Below are positions 10,753 to 20,841 of a stretch of 64,000 bases of DNA, piece by piece. The position numbers and the translations under genes are program-made. Where the stretch lies: the NCBI GenBank assembly GCA_910586195.1, contig CAJUHO010000003.1, positions 2,529 to 66,528 on the forward strand, given 5' to 3'. The stretch's first letter is position 1. Each line of letters opens with the position of its first letter. The stretch comes from an uncultured Bacilli bacterium. Its GTDB lineage: Bacteria; Bacillota_I; Bacilli_A; RF39; UBA660. The notes under the pieces were generated by a model, which saw only the letters and a list, made by a program, of their open reading frames with translations, had not been told where the DNA came from and searched no databases.

Positions 10753-11499
10753 TCATTTTAAAATCAATTCAAGTTTTTTTTGCAATCTTTTAACTTCATC
10801 TTCACTATTCTTATATACATCATTTGATTGCATTTTAAACGTCTCATATATTTCATATATATTATTAGGACTAATTATTCCTTTTTGGTTTAATTGTTCA
10901 ATTATTTTTTGAAACGGAAGAATATCATGTTCATCATATAATTCACCACAATCATATAAATTTCTCTTGCCTGTTATAAAATCAGTTAAATACAATCTTT
11001 TATTATCATAATTAGATATATTATTTAATTCTTTATATTTAGATAATTCATTTTCTAGTAATCTGATATCTAATTTTTTTGATGAGTTCTTATCAAATTC
11101 ACTTTCAGGTATACAAAACTCAACATGTGCTTTCCCCTTATAAAAACCATATCCACAATACTTTAATAAAATCTCTGCTGGAATATTATATTCCAAGAGT
11201 TCAAATTGCCATTTCTCATAACAATATCCATCTATACTAGAAAATGTGCACATTATAGCATCATAAGAAAAAAGAAAGAAAAACTTATAGCACTCATCTA
11301 AGAATTTAAATGTATTTACAACTTCTTCATTTCTTGTAAAAAAAGGATATACATTCTCAAAAGAAACACATCCCAAATCATACATAATGCCTTCTAGATT
11401 TTCTTGTTGACTATTTAACGTGCCAAACTTTTCAGTAGTAGAAGTAAGTGAAGGAACTGTCCTATAAACAATTGCCATAAAATTCGACTCCCTTTTCAA
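10753..11499 (-). CDS. hypothetical protein (aromatic/Cys-rich, no recognisable family)
   Basis: 248 aa ORF with an AAGGGAG RBS 8 nt upstream; inserted between prfA and rpoE; own terminator-like hairpin downstream (about 10700-10740). Confidence 0.55.
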   Translation of the reverse strand: MKRESNFMAIVYRTVPSLTSTTEKFGTLNSQQENLEGIMYDLGCVSFENVYPFFTRNEEVVNTFKFLDECYKFFFLFSYDAIMCTFSSIDGYCYEKWQFELLEYNIPAEILLKYCGYGFYKGKAHVEFCIPESEFDKNSSKKLDIRLLENELSKYKELNNISNYDNKRLYLTDFITGKRNLYDCGELYDEHDILPFQKIIEQLNQKGIISPNNIYEIYETFKMQSNDVYKNSEDEVKRLQKKLELILK

Positions 11500-11674
11500 A
11501 TTGCTAATTATACTAGCATATTTCTATTAAGGTGTCAAATCGTTGTCCTATCAAGATATTAATTAATCCTAATAATAACTTCAAAAAATTAATTCTATAT
11601 AGTAGTAAAATAATATTAATATTTTGTATATACGTCTTAAAATAAAGACCTTTAATCAAAAACTATATTTTACT

Positions 11675-11702
11675 ATTAAAAAGATTAAACATCTCTGTTT
11701 AA
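11675..11702 (-). terminator. hairpin TTAAACA-TCTC-TGTTTAA plus T-run downstream of rpoE
   Basis: Inverted repeat followed by a T tract on the minus strand immediately after the rpoE stop. Confidence 0.45.
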
Positions 11703-11711
11703 TCATTATTT

Positions 11712-12155
11712 TTATTCATCTAATTCTAGTTCATCTTCATCTAATACCACTAAATCTTTTAAATCTTCTTCTGTATCATCGTCATAGTCCTCATCAGTAT
11801 CATCATAATTATCTTCATCTATTTCATCTTCTGATTCATCTTCTTTTACAAATTCTTCTTCTAACTCATCATCATCTTCTTCTGTAATTTTCACTACTTT
11901 ATCAGAAGTATGACGACTTTTTATATCCCAAGTTCCATCACTTAATAATATAAATCTTTTATCTGTTGTTAAAGAAGTATAATAATCTCCTATTTTCGTT
12001 TCAAATTCTTTGTTTGGTAATTCTAATAGATGAATTATTGTTTTAAAAAGGTCTGCTGTATTCATAGGTTTTTTATTTTCTTCCAAAAGTAGGTTGGTAA
12101 TATCTTTATATGATAATAATTCCAAATCTTCCTTTTTCATTTCTTTTATACTCAT
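11712..12155 (-). CDS. rpoE: RNA polymerase delta subunit
   Basis: N-terminal HARE-HTH-like domain (LSYKDITNLLLEE...) followed by a long D/E-rich acidic tail, the RpoE hallmark. Confidence 0.85.
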   Translation of the reverse strand: MSIKEMKKEDLELLSYKDITNLLLEENKKPMNTADLFKTIIHLLELPNKEFETKIGDYYTSLTTDKRFILLSDGTWDIKSRHTSDKVVKITEEDDDELEEEFVKEDESEDEIDEDNYDDTDEDYDDDTEEDLKDLVVLDEDELELDE

Positions 12156-12222
12156 AAAATTCCTCCTAAACCGAATTCCCAAGTAAACTTATAACATGTC
12201 TCATGGGTAATTGCAAGTCTTT

Positions 12223-14328
12223 TTACATTTTTTCTGGAACTTCTATTCCTAAGGTATCAAGTAATAACATATTTGTATCATAAACTACTTTTGTTAGGGC
12301 AATCCAGCTCATTTTCAAATCCTCATTTTCTTCTGTTAAAATTTTATTTTCTGCATAAAAAGTATTATAAAGACTTGTTAGTTTATATATGTATTCTGCT
12401 ATTTCATTTAATGATTTTACTTCTAATGATTTTTTTAAAACCGTTGGAAGTTTCAATATAGTTAATGCAATATTACGATCTGAGGTTCCACGAAACTGTT
12501 TAAAGGAAATATTTTCTAAATTCTTCATATCTGCCTTTTGTAAAAGTGATTTCATTCTAATCGTTGAATATAGAAGATATGGGCCTGTCTTCCCTTCTAC
12601 ATCTGTAAATTTTATAGGATCAAATATATAGTCCTTTGTTCTAAATGATAGAAAATCTGCATACTTTAATGCAGCAATTCCCACTATTTCTGCAATTTTT
12701 TCTGATTCATCACTTTTTACAATATCTTTATTAATATGTTTTAGAATTTCTTCTTTTACCATGGTAATTAGATTTTGTAGAGTCATTACACCGCCATCAC
12801 GTGTTTTAAATGGTCTGCCATCATTTCCTGTCATAGTACCAAATCCGCAAAATTCTAAATTGATACTATCATCTACTAATTTTGTTAACTTAGAAGCACG
12901 AAAGACCTGTTCAAAATACAATGCTTGACGAGTGTCGGCAAAATACCAAATCTCTTCTGGCGAAAAACGAACAATTCTAGAATGTAGTGTCGCAAGTTCT
13001 CGTGTTGCATATAATGTGGAACCATTTGATTGTATGACAATAAGAGGTGGCATAGGACCATTATCTTCCTCTTTTTTGACGGAAATGATATGAGCTCCTT
13101 CACTCTTTTCTAACTTTCCACTATTTTTAATAATTTCTAAAGTTTCTGGAATATAAGAGTAGCAGTCGCTTTCTCCTTCTAACAAATCAAAGTCTGTATT
13201 AATTTTTTTATAAATTTCTTTAATATCTTCTATTGATACATCTTTAATTTTATTCCATAGTGCCTGATATCCTTTGTGTCCTTCTTCCAATTGTTTGGTA
13301 ATCTCTGCTACTTCCTGCATTCGAGATTCATCTTCTTTTGCTTTAGTACTTGCTAAAGGATAAATTTCTCCTAACTCCTCTGGTGTTATTGTATAATCAA
13401 TATCTTCATAATTGCCCTCATAATGCTCATCAAAATAGGAAAGGTTCGGATATCTTCTTTTTATCTCTGAAATTACCATTCCTGATTGTCTTCCAATATC
13501 TCCAAAATGGGCATCCGATATCACAGTATGTCCTAATAATCTTGCAAGTCTTTTTACTGCCTCTCCAATATTTGCAGAACGAAGATGACCAACATGTAGA
13601 GTTTTTGCAATATTAGCACCACCATAGTCCATCATAATTTTTTTGCTTTCTACATGATCAATATTAGTGTTCATATCTTTTTGAATTTTATTCATACTAT
13701 TTAATAAAAATTCATTTGTTAAAGTCAGATTAATGAATCCTGGGGCTACCACAGATACATTGCTAAAATTCCTATCTTTCTTTAATTCTTCTGCAATTTT
13801 CTCAGCAATAAAATTAGGATTTTCATGATACTTCTTAGCAAGACTCATCGCTTCATTTATTTGATAGTCTCCTAAATCTGGACGGTTCGATGGTAGAAGA
13901 GAAAAATGTTCCATTTCATAACCAATATGCTCAATTTTTTCTTTTACTTCTTGTTCTAGCTCTTTTATTATACTCATATTTTCACCTACTAATTCTATCT
14001 TTAATAAATATTCTATTTCATTTAGTAAATATTTTATTCTTATTTTCTCATGTGTTAATAATATATCTTTTATTTCCAAATCTAGACTATAGTTTAAATG
14101 CTCTTTTTTTAAATACAAACTGCTTTTTTGACCTTTTTCAAAAGCAAGCTCTACTAACAGATCTTTCGTCTCACGCATAAATGTTCTTTCTGATATACAA
14201 AAACGATTTTTACTATCATCATCCAATGAAAAATAATAAATATCATTTTTCTTTATATCAATATCAACAAATGACTGTATTATCGCATCTTGTGATTTTA
14301 AAAAAAAATATGCTTTTTGTTTCACCAT
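12223..14328 (-). CDS. argS: arginyl-tRNA synthetase with an in-frame 117-aa N-terminal DUF1934(YwiB)-like extension; canonical ArgS start at 13977
   Basis: HVGHLRSANIGEA HIGH motif, DLGDYQINEAMSLAK N-domain and class I core; the ORF continues with no stop for a further 351 nt upstream. Confidence 0.85.
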   Translation of the reverse strand: MVKQKAYFFLKSQDAIIQSFVDIDIKKNDIYYFSLDDDSKNRFCISERTFMRETKDLLVELAFEKGQKSSLYLKKEHLNYSLDLEIKDILLTHEKIRIKYLLNEIEYLLKIELVGENMSIIKELEQEVKEKIEHIGYEMEHFSLLPSNRPDLGDYQINEAMSLAKKYHENPNFIAEKIAEELKKDRNFSNVSVVAPGFINLTLTNEFLLNSMNKIQKDMNTNIDHVESKKIMMDYGGANIAKTLHVGHLRSANIGEAVKRLARLLGHTVISDAHFGDIGRQSGMVISEIKRRYPNLSYFDEHYEGNYEDIDYTITPEELGEIYPLASTKAKEDESRMQEVAEITKQLEEGHKGYQALWNKIKDVSIEDIKEIYKKINTDFDLLEGESDCYSYIPETLEIIKNSGKLEKSEGAHIISVKKEEDNGPMPPLIVIQSNGSTLYATRELATLHSRIVRFSPEEIWYFADTRQALYFEQVFRASKLTKLVDDSINLEFCGFGTMTGNDGRPFKTRDGGVMTLQNLITMVKEEILKHINKDIVKSDESEKIAEIVGIAALKYADFLSFRTKDYIFDPIKFTDVEGKTGPYLLYSTIRMKSLLQKADMKNLENISFKQFRGTSDRNIALTILKLPTVLKKSLEVKSLNEIAEYIYKLTSLYNTFYAENKILTEENEDLKMSWIALTKVVYDTNMLLLDTLGIEVPEKM

Positions 14329-14436
14329 ATTTACCCCACAAATAAAATTCTATTCTAGATTATAACATAACTTATAGAAAAAAAATACATATTTAAAAAT
14401 AATTTTTTCATACTAACCTTAGAAGGTGATTTCATC

Positions 14437-16401
14437 ATGAAATATATTAAAAAACTTTTAAAAATGACTACTATTTTTATAATACTAATGTTTATTTTGA
14501 TAGTAGGTGTCTACACATATGCAAAACTCTCTCCTAAATTAGAAATTAATGGAGCTAACAGTCTTGCTATTTTTGATAATCAGGGTGAACTATTTTTTCA
14601 GGGAAGTGGTTCTAAAAAATGGATTGAACTAGAAAATATTTCTCCCAACTTAATTAATGCAACGCTTGCTGCTGAAGATAAAAACTTTTATAATCATAAG
14701 GGATTTGATTTACTTCGTATTTTAAAAGCGACTTATATTAATATCACATCCAAATCAGTAGAACAAGGAGCCTCTACTATTACACAGCAATATGCTAAAA
14801 ACTTATTTTTAGATTTTGATAAAACTTGGAAGAGAAAGATTGAAGAAATGTGGTACACTATCGAAATTGAGGCTCATTATAGTAAGGATTCTATTTTGGA
14901 AGGATATTTAAATACTATTAATTATGGTCATGGTATGTATGGAATTGAAAATGCAAGTAAATTTTACTTTAACAAAAGTGCAAAGAATTTAACATTAGCA
15001 GAAGCAGCAATTTTAACAGGTATTCCAAAGTCTCCCTCGAATTACTCACCTATTGTCGATTTAGATGCTGCCAAAAAAAGACAGTTATTAATTCTTAATT
15101 TAATGGTCAAAAATAAAATGATTACAGAAAAGGAAAAAGAACAGGCATATCAAGAAGAATTAAATATTGTAGGGAAAGATAGTGATTTTAATCTTAATAC
15201 TGTTATGTATTATCAAGATGCAGTATTAGATGAATTAGAAAAAATTTCCTCTATCCCTAGCTCTTATTCTAAAACAAAAGGACTAAAAATTTACACTAGT
15301 CTTAATTTAGATGCTCAGACAAATCTGGAAAATATTATTAAAGAAGAATTTCCTGATGAATCAAAACTTCAAGTTTCTACTGTTATGATGAATCCTCAAA
15401 CGGGAGAAATTGTAGCATTAATTGGAGGGAGAGATTACAATAGTTCCCAGTACAATAGGGCAACAGATGCTATGCGACAAGTAGGATCTACGATGAAACC
15501 TTATCTTTATTATGCTGCACTAGAAAATGGTTTTACATCTAGTTCTTCTTTTACTAGTGAAAAAACAACCTTTACTTTTGCTAATAATTCTACTTATTCA
15601 CCTAGAAATTATAATGATTTGTATGGAGAAAAACCAATATCTATGGCTACCGCCATTGCCTACTCTGAAAATATTTATGCTGTAAAAACACATATGTTTT
15701 TAGGAAGTGAAGTTTTAATTGATGTTGCAAAAAGAGTAGGAATTACTGCAGATTTAGAAGATGTAGCATCTCTTCCTCTTGGGACGAAAGAAATTAATAT
15801 TACAGAAATGGCTGCAGGATATAGCGCTTTTGCTAATGAAGGATATAGAATAAAGCCTCATTTAATCACAAGAGTAGAAGATTATAATGGAAATGTTTTA
15901 TATCAAGCAAAACCTGAAAAAAAACAAGTTTTAGATAAAAGTTTAACCTTTATTTTAAATAATATGCTAACAGGAACTTATGATTCTGATTATATAGATT
16001 ATAACTATCCAACTGCTATTTCTCTAGCATCCAAATTAACGCATAAATATGCTTTAAAATCTGGAACTACTGAAACAGACAATTGGTATATTGGATATAA
16101 TAAAAATATTGTTACAGCAGTTTGGGTTGGATATGATAATAATGCTACTTTATCTAATAAAGAATATAAATATGCCCAAAATATCTGGTATAAAACTATG
16201 GAAAGTTATGAAAAAGATAAAAAAGATAATTGGTATGAAATACCTGAAAATGTATCTAGTGTTCTAGTGGATCCAATTTCTGGCAAGCCTGCTACGGATG
16301 AAAGTCCTAAGAAAAAAATAATGTATTTTATAAAGGGTACAGAACCAACTATTGCCGATAGTGTATTTGATGAAAAACTTACCAACAGTGAAAAGAGCTA
16401 A
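14437..16401 (+). CDS. ponA: class A penicillin-binding protein (transglycosylase + transpeptidase)
   Basis: N-terminal TM; GT51 motifs EDKNFYNHKGFD and ITQQYAKN; transpeptidase STMKP (SxxK), SEN, KSGTT (KTG). Confidence 0.9.
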   Translation: MKYIKKLLKMTTIFIILMFILIVGVYTYAKLSPKLEINGANSLAIFDNQGELFFQGSGSKKWIELENISPNLINATLAAEDKNFYNHKGFDLLRILKATYINITSKSVEQGASTITQQYAKNLFLDFDKTWKRKIEEMWYTIEIEAHYSKDSILEGYLNTINYGHGMYGIENASKFYFNKSAKNLTLAEAAILTGIPKSPSNYSPIVDLDAAKKRQLLILNLMVKNKMITEKEKEQAYQEELNIVGKDSDFNLNTVMYYQDAVLDELEKISSIPSSYSKTKGLKIYTSLNLDAQTNLENIIKEEFPDESKLQVSTVMMNPQTGEIVALIGGRDYNSSQYNRATDAMRQVGSTMKPYLYYAALENGFTSSSSFTSEKTTFTFANNSTYSPRNYNDLYGEKPISMATAIAYSENIYAVKTHMFLGSEVLIDVAKRVGITADLEDVASLPLGTKEINITEMAAGYSAFANEGYRIKPHLITRVEDYNGNVLYQAKPEKKQVLDKSLTFILNNMLTGTYDSDYIDYNYPTAISLASKLTHKYALKSGTTETDNWYIGYNKNIVTAVWVGYDNNATLSNKEYKYAQNIWYKTMESYEKDKKDNWYEIPENVSSVLVDPISGKPATDESPKKKIMYFIKGTEPTIADSVFDEKLTNSEKS

Positions 16402-16457
16402 AAAATTACCATATTTTTAATATTCCTACATACAATTAATTAGAAAGAGGGAATATT

Positions 16458-16802
16458 ATGAATAACAATAATTATTTAAATTATCCAAATACTGGTGCAC
16501 CTAATTATACAGGAACTATGCCTCCTTATCAAAATATACAAAATCCAAATAATGGAAATTCAATCAATTTATCTCCAGAGGAATATGCTGAAAGCTTATT
16601 AAAATTAAATCATGGAAAATATGCTGAATTCTATATGTCTTACGCTGATTCTAATCAGTGGAAAGATAGAATTTTTAGGGGTACTATTGAAGATTCTGGT
16701 AGAGATTATGCTGTTTTAAAACAAGATGATGGTAGTTATGTAATTTTATGGTTAGTTTACTTGGATTACGTTATTTTTCCAGAAAAGATAACACACAATT
16801 AA
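16458..16802 (+). CDS. GerQ/YwdL-like spore coat protein
   Basis: N/Q/P-rich N-terminus; C-terminal LNHGK...FYMSY...F.G.IEDSGRDYAVL...LDYVIF block resembles the GerQ domain. Confidence 0.45.
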   Translation: MNNNNYLNYPNTGAPNYTGTMPPYQNIQNPNNGNSINLSPEEYAESLLKLNHGKYAEFYMSYADSNQWKDRIFRGTIEDSGRDYAVLKQDDGSYVILWLVYLDYVIFPEKITHN

Positions 16803-16896
16803 AAATTTTGAAACAACAATATTTTAAGAACTTGAGATGGATAGTTGTATCATCTTTTTTCTTTTGGTATAATAAGTTATATTAAGAGGTGGTTAA

Positions 16897-17427
16897 ATGT
16901 ATTGGATTTTAGGCGTTTTAATTCTTTTAGTATTAATTATTGGCATTATTATATGGGTATTTTACTATAAGTTTCAGTACATTATCATTCGAATAAAGGA
17001 AGCAGAAAATAATATTGATATTCTTTTTCAAAAGAAAATAGACTATATTTTAAAAGCAATTCCTATTATTCAAGCAACTACAAAAGAGCAAGATTTTTTA
17101 GTTGACTTTGAAGAAATGCAAAAAAGACAAAAAACACGATTCGATATGAATGAATTTTTAAAAAATAGTTATATTGAAATTATAAAAACGTTGGATGACC
17201 ATGAGAAACTTTTAAATGGAAAGAGTTTGAGTAAAATTCTAGATAATCTTGAAGATAACGAAGAAGAAATTATGGCTACTATTAGATTTTATAACGATAA
17301 TGCTACTGAATTTAATCATTTAATTAATTCTTTTCCTTCTAACATTATTCGAATCTTTCTACACCTTAAAAAACTAAATTTATATTCTACAAAATATGGG
17401 GAAATTTATGAAATACTAAAAAAATAG
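16897..17427 (+). CDS. lemA: LemA-family membrane protein
   Basis: Single N-terminal TM and the C-terminal RFYNDNATEFNHLINSFPSNI LemA motif. Confidence 0.65.
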   Translation: MYWILGVLILLVLIIGIIIWVFYYKFQYIIIRIKEAENNIDILFQKKIDYILKAIPIIQATTKEQDFLVDFEEMQKRQKTRFDMNEFLKNSYIEIIKTLDDHEKLLNGKSLSKILDNLEDNEEEIMATIRFYNDNATEFNHLINSFPSNIIRIFLHLKKLNLYSTKYGEIYEILKK

Positions 17428-17446
17428 ATTCACATGAATCTATTTT

Positions 17447-18106
17447 TTATATTTGCCAAGAAATTGGTTTTAGCCCTTTCTCCTCTAAGAAATGATTTGT
17501 TTTAGAAAATGGCTTACTACCGAAAAATCCATTATATGCTGAAAAAGGAGAGGGATGAGGGGATTCAACTATATAATGAGATGGATTTGTAATAAAGTTT
17601 TTCTTACTTCTAGCATAGGAACCCCAAAGAATAAACACAACAGGAGTATTCTTCTCGTTTATTCTTTTTATAACACTATCTGTAAATATTTCCCAGCCTT
17701 GATCTTTATGAGATGCAGCTTTATCCTTTTCAACTGTAAGTACTGCGTTTAATAATAAGACACCCTCTTTTGTCCATGGAATTAATGAATTATTGGAAGA
17801 AATTTTTATTCCAATATCACTTTCTAACTCTTTAAAGATATTTTGCAGAGACGGAGGACGTCCCACCTCATTTCGAACGGAAAACGATAATCCTTGTGCT
17901 TGTCCAATACCATGATATGGATCTTGTCCTAAAATTACTACTTTCACATCTTTATAAGTTGTATATCGAAAAGCATTAAAAATCTCATTTTTTTTTGGAT
18001 ATATTTCTTTTGTTTGATACTCTTTTTCTACAAATTGTAATAATTTATTAAAATACTCCTTTTCAAACTCTTCTTTTAGTACTTCATCCCAATCATTTCC
18101 AATCAT
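17447..18106 (-). CDS. ung: uracil-DNA glycosylase
   Basis: GQDPYH water-activating loop, leucine-loop HPSPFS and GVLLLN motifs. Confidence 0.93.
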   Translation of the reverse strand: MIGNDWDEVLKEEFEKEYFNKLLQFVEKEYQTKEIYPKKNEIFNAFRYTTYKDVKVVILGQDPYHGIGQAQGLSFSVRNEVGRPPSLQNIFKELESDIGIKISSNNSLIPWTKEGVLLLNAVLTVEKDKAASHKDQGWEIFTDSVIKRINEKNTPVVFILWGSYARSKKNFITNPSHYIVESPHPSPFSAYNGFFGSKPFSKTNHFLEEKGLKPISWQI

Positions 18107-18123
18107 ACTATCACTCCTATCTT

Positions 18124-18576
18124 TTATTTATGATAACTTTCATGATTTATAATTTTATAGTTACGATATAATTGCTCTAATAATATAATTCTAAATAGTT
18201 GATGGGGAAATGTCATCTTAGAAAACGAAATTGCTAAATTTGATCGTTTTTTTATTGTATCATCTAGTCCATTAGAGCCTCCAATTATAAATGCTATATT
18301 AGCATAATTTGCTTGAAGTTGTTCTAATTTTTTAGAAAATTCTAAAGAATTATAGGATTTCCCCTCTATTTCTAAGGTAATAATATAATCATTTTCTTTT
18401 ATATGCTTTAATATTAACTCCGCTTCTTCTTTTAAGGATTTATTAATATCATTATAATTTTTATCTATTACTTCTATAATCTTTATATTTTGATATTTCG
18501 ATAAACGTTTTTGATATTCCTCAATGGCACTTTCAAAATATTTTTCTTTTATTTTACCTACACAAATAATCTTCAT
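18124..18576 (-). CDS. rlmH: 23S rRNA (pseudouridine1915-N3)-methyltransferase RlmH
   Basis: 150-aa SPOUT protein with MKIICVGKIKEKY start and C-terminal LLEQLYRNYKI...YHK. Confidence 0.85.
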   Translation of the reverse strand: MKIICVGKIKEKYFESAIEEYQKRLSKYQNIKIIEVIDKNYNDINKSLKEEAELILKHIKENDYIITLEIEGKSYNSLEFSKKLEQLQANYANIAFIIGGSNGLDDTIKKRSNLAISFSKMTFPHQLFRIILLEQLYRNYKIINHESYHK

Positions 18577-18578
18577 TC

Positions 18579-19334
18579 CTATACCTCAATATAAGGACTT
18601 TCTTCATCCTGTTTTGCAATTAATACTTGAATCTTTTTATTACCTAATTTTTCTTTCGTGGCTGATAGGGCTAACTGCTCTGTATTATTTTTTTCACTTA
18701 AATGGGCTAATATAATATACTTTGTATTATCACCAATCAAATTTTCTAAGTATTTAGCAGTTGTTTTATTTGATAAATGTCCAACATCACTTATAACACG
18801 TTGTTTTAGATAGTATGGATAAGGTCCTTCCATCAACATTTTTTCATCGTGATTACTTTCTATTAAATAGATGTCTTTCTTTCTCATCTTTTCTAAATAT
18901 TTTCTATTAATATAGCCTGTATCCGTTATATAAACTAATCCTTTATCCCGATAAGTCATAATATAACCAACAGATGAAGTAGCATCATGGGAAGTGTGAA
19001 TTAAATCTATACCGATATCTCCTATTTGAAAATTATCTGTAATAAATTCTATATTGTTGTGGTGAATTTGTTCCTCTAAATCGATATACATTTGCTTAGG
19101 AATGTATACTTTAAGATTGGTACTTTTTGTTAAAGAAGAAAGACCCTTGATGTGATCTGTATGGGCATGAGTAATCAGTAAAGCAGAAAAATCATCAAGT
19201 CTTAGATTTAATTCTTCTAATTTTCTTTTTAGTTTTAAATAACTAATTCCTATATCAACCAATATCTTGGTATTATCACAAAGAATAATACTACAATTAC
19301 CTTTAGAGCCACTAGCTAGTGTCTTAATTATCAT
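18579..19334 (-). CDS. MBL-fold metallo-hydrolase (YycJ/WalJ-like)
   Basis: THAHTDH metal-binding motif; position upstream of rlmH as yycJ in Bacillus. Confidence 0.8.
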   Translation of the reverse strand: MIIKTLASGSKGNCSIILCDNTKILVDIGISYLKLKRKLEELNLRLDDFSALLITHAHTDHIKGLSSLTKSTNLKVYIPKQMYIDLEEQIHHNNIEFITDNFQIGDIGIDLIHTSHDATSSVGYIMTYRDKGLVYITDTGYINRKYLEKMRKKDIYLIESNHDEKMLMEGPYPYYLKQRVISDVGHLSNKTTAKYLENLIGDNTKYIILAHLSEKNNTEQLALSATKEKLGNKKIQVLIAKQDEESPYIEV

Positions 19335-19335
19335 T

Positions 19336-20841
19336 TTAATAGAAACTTAGTGGATTCAATGCCACTCCTCCACGATATGGATATCCTCTCCAAACTGAGA
19401 AGTGAAGGTGAGTTCCTGTAGCAAATCCAGTATGGCCCATACCACCAATTACTTGACCACGTGCTACATTAACACCCGTTGGCGCATAACGACATCCTGG
19501 GCAAAGATGTGCATACATTGTATAGTATCCATTATGGTGATCGATTAAAATTGCTTCACCACTTCCATTGAAAATACCTACTCCCGATTTTACGACTGTT
19601 CCAGATTGTGCAGCGTAAATCGGTGAACCTTCTCCACAACCAGCAATATCTTGTCCATCATGTAATGTTCCCCAACGATAACCAAAACCACTACTTAAAT
19701 AGTATGGAACTCTCGTTGGCCAGTACCATTCTCCTTTACTTGCTGGTGCACTTCCTCCACCATTCCATGTACTATAACTACTCTTTTTACCACCTTTGAC
19801 GATAATCTCTGTAGTCACAGGTTTTATGGTTTCCGTATTTGTAATAACAACATTATTAGTATCTCCATTTACTTTTTTTATCTTTTGTGTTACTCGATTT
19901 TGTCCATTAATACCTGTTTGAATTTTTGCTTCATATCCAACCATTTGGCTATTATCATATCTGATTTCTGTCGTATATTTTTGTTCTTGATATTCTACAA
20001 CATGATCCTCTTCAATTAAATTAAATTGTGGTCTTAAAATTCCTAATGTTACCTCTTGTCCTGGAAATAAAAGACTATTCTCATCTTTAAACTGAGGGTT
20101 AGCTATTAAAAATTCTTCATTTGATATTTTATTATTGAATGCAATATCACTAATGGTGTCTCCATCTTTAATCGTATATTTTTGTTGTTCTTCTGTAGTA
20201 CCAAATAGTAAGTATTTACTTAAATCCTCCTCATTCATATAAATCGTTTTAGTAACAGGAATATTTTGTCTTTTTATTACTATTTTATTTTCAATATAAA
20301 TATCCTCAATAATTTTACCTGTATCAGATAATTCCTTTTGTGTATCATTCATAAACTTTTCATAATCTTCATCGTTTACAAATAATTTTACTGTCTTCTC
20401 TAAAGAATTTGTAAAAATCTTTTTATCCAAAACATAAAGTGTTTGATCTTTAGTTGTAATTTTTTCTCCTTCATTTGTTTGGGTATCAAGTCCTTTGATG
20501 GTAATAGCATAACCTTTAATTGTAAATGGAGATTTGTCTTTTATCTTTTCGTAAATTTCTTTTGTAGTAGATGTTTTTTTATTATATGTAATCTCTTTTA
20601 CAATATCTAACTCATCTGGAGCATATACTTTTTTGACTTTATATTTTTGCTTCAGATGTTCCTGTTCTTTATCGATATATTCCTCTAATGCCTTTTTTGA
20701 TTTAATTAATCCTAAAGATTTTCCCTTCAAGTATACTCGATATACTGTTTGTGGCTCCTGATTTAATTTTTTATAACCTACAAGACAGCTAGACATTAAC
20801 ATAATAGTTATCATAAATAATACTATAGACTTTTTTTTCAT
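19336..20841 (-). CDS. lipoprotein with LysM domain and C-terminal M23 peptidase domain
   Basis: Lipobox LMSSC; LysM-like YTIKDGDTISDIA; M23 HxxxD...HLHFS catalytic motifs. Confidence 0.8.
   Translation of the reverse strand: MKKKSIVLFMITIMLMSSCLVGYKKLNQEPQTVYRVYLKGKSLGLIKSKKALEEYIDKEQEHLKQKYKVKKVYAPDELDIVKEITYNKKTSTTKEIYEKIKDKSPFTIKGYAITIKGLDTQTNEGEKITTKDQTLYVLDKKIFTNSLEKTVKLFVNDEDYEKFMNDTQKELSDTGKIIEDIYIENKIVIKRQNIPVTKTIYMNEEDLSKYLLFGTTEEQQKYTIKDGDTISDIAFNNKISNEEFLIANPQFKDENSLLFPGQEVTLGILRPQFNLIEEDHVVEYQEQKYTTEIRYDNSQMVGYEAKIQTGINGQNRVTQKIKKVNGDTNNVVITNTETIKPVTTEIIVKGGKKSSYSTWNGGGSAPASKGEWYWPTRVPYYLSSGFGYRWGTLHDGQDIAGCGEGSPIYAAQSGTVVKSGVGIFNGSGEAILIDHHNGYYTMYAHLCPGCRYAPTGVNVARGQVIGGMGHTGFATGTHLHFSVWRGYPYRGGVALNPLSFY

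Noticed and set aside
11624-11887. 87-aa His/Leu-rich ORF on + strand
   Set aside because: Antisense mirror of the rpoE acidic-tail coding repeats; a low-complexity artefact.
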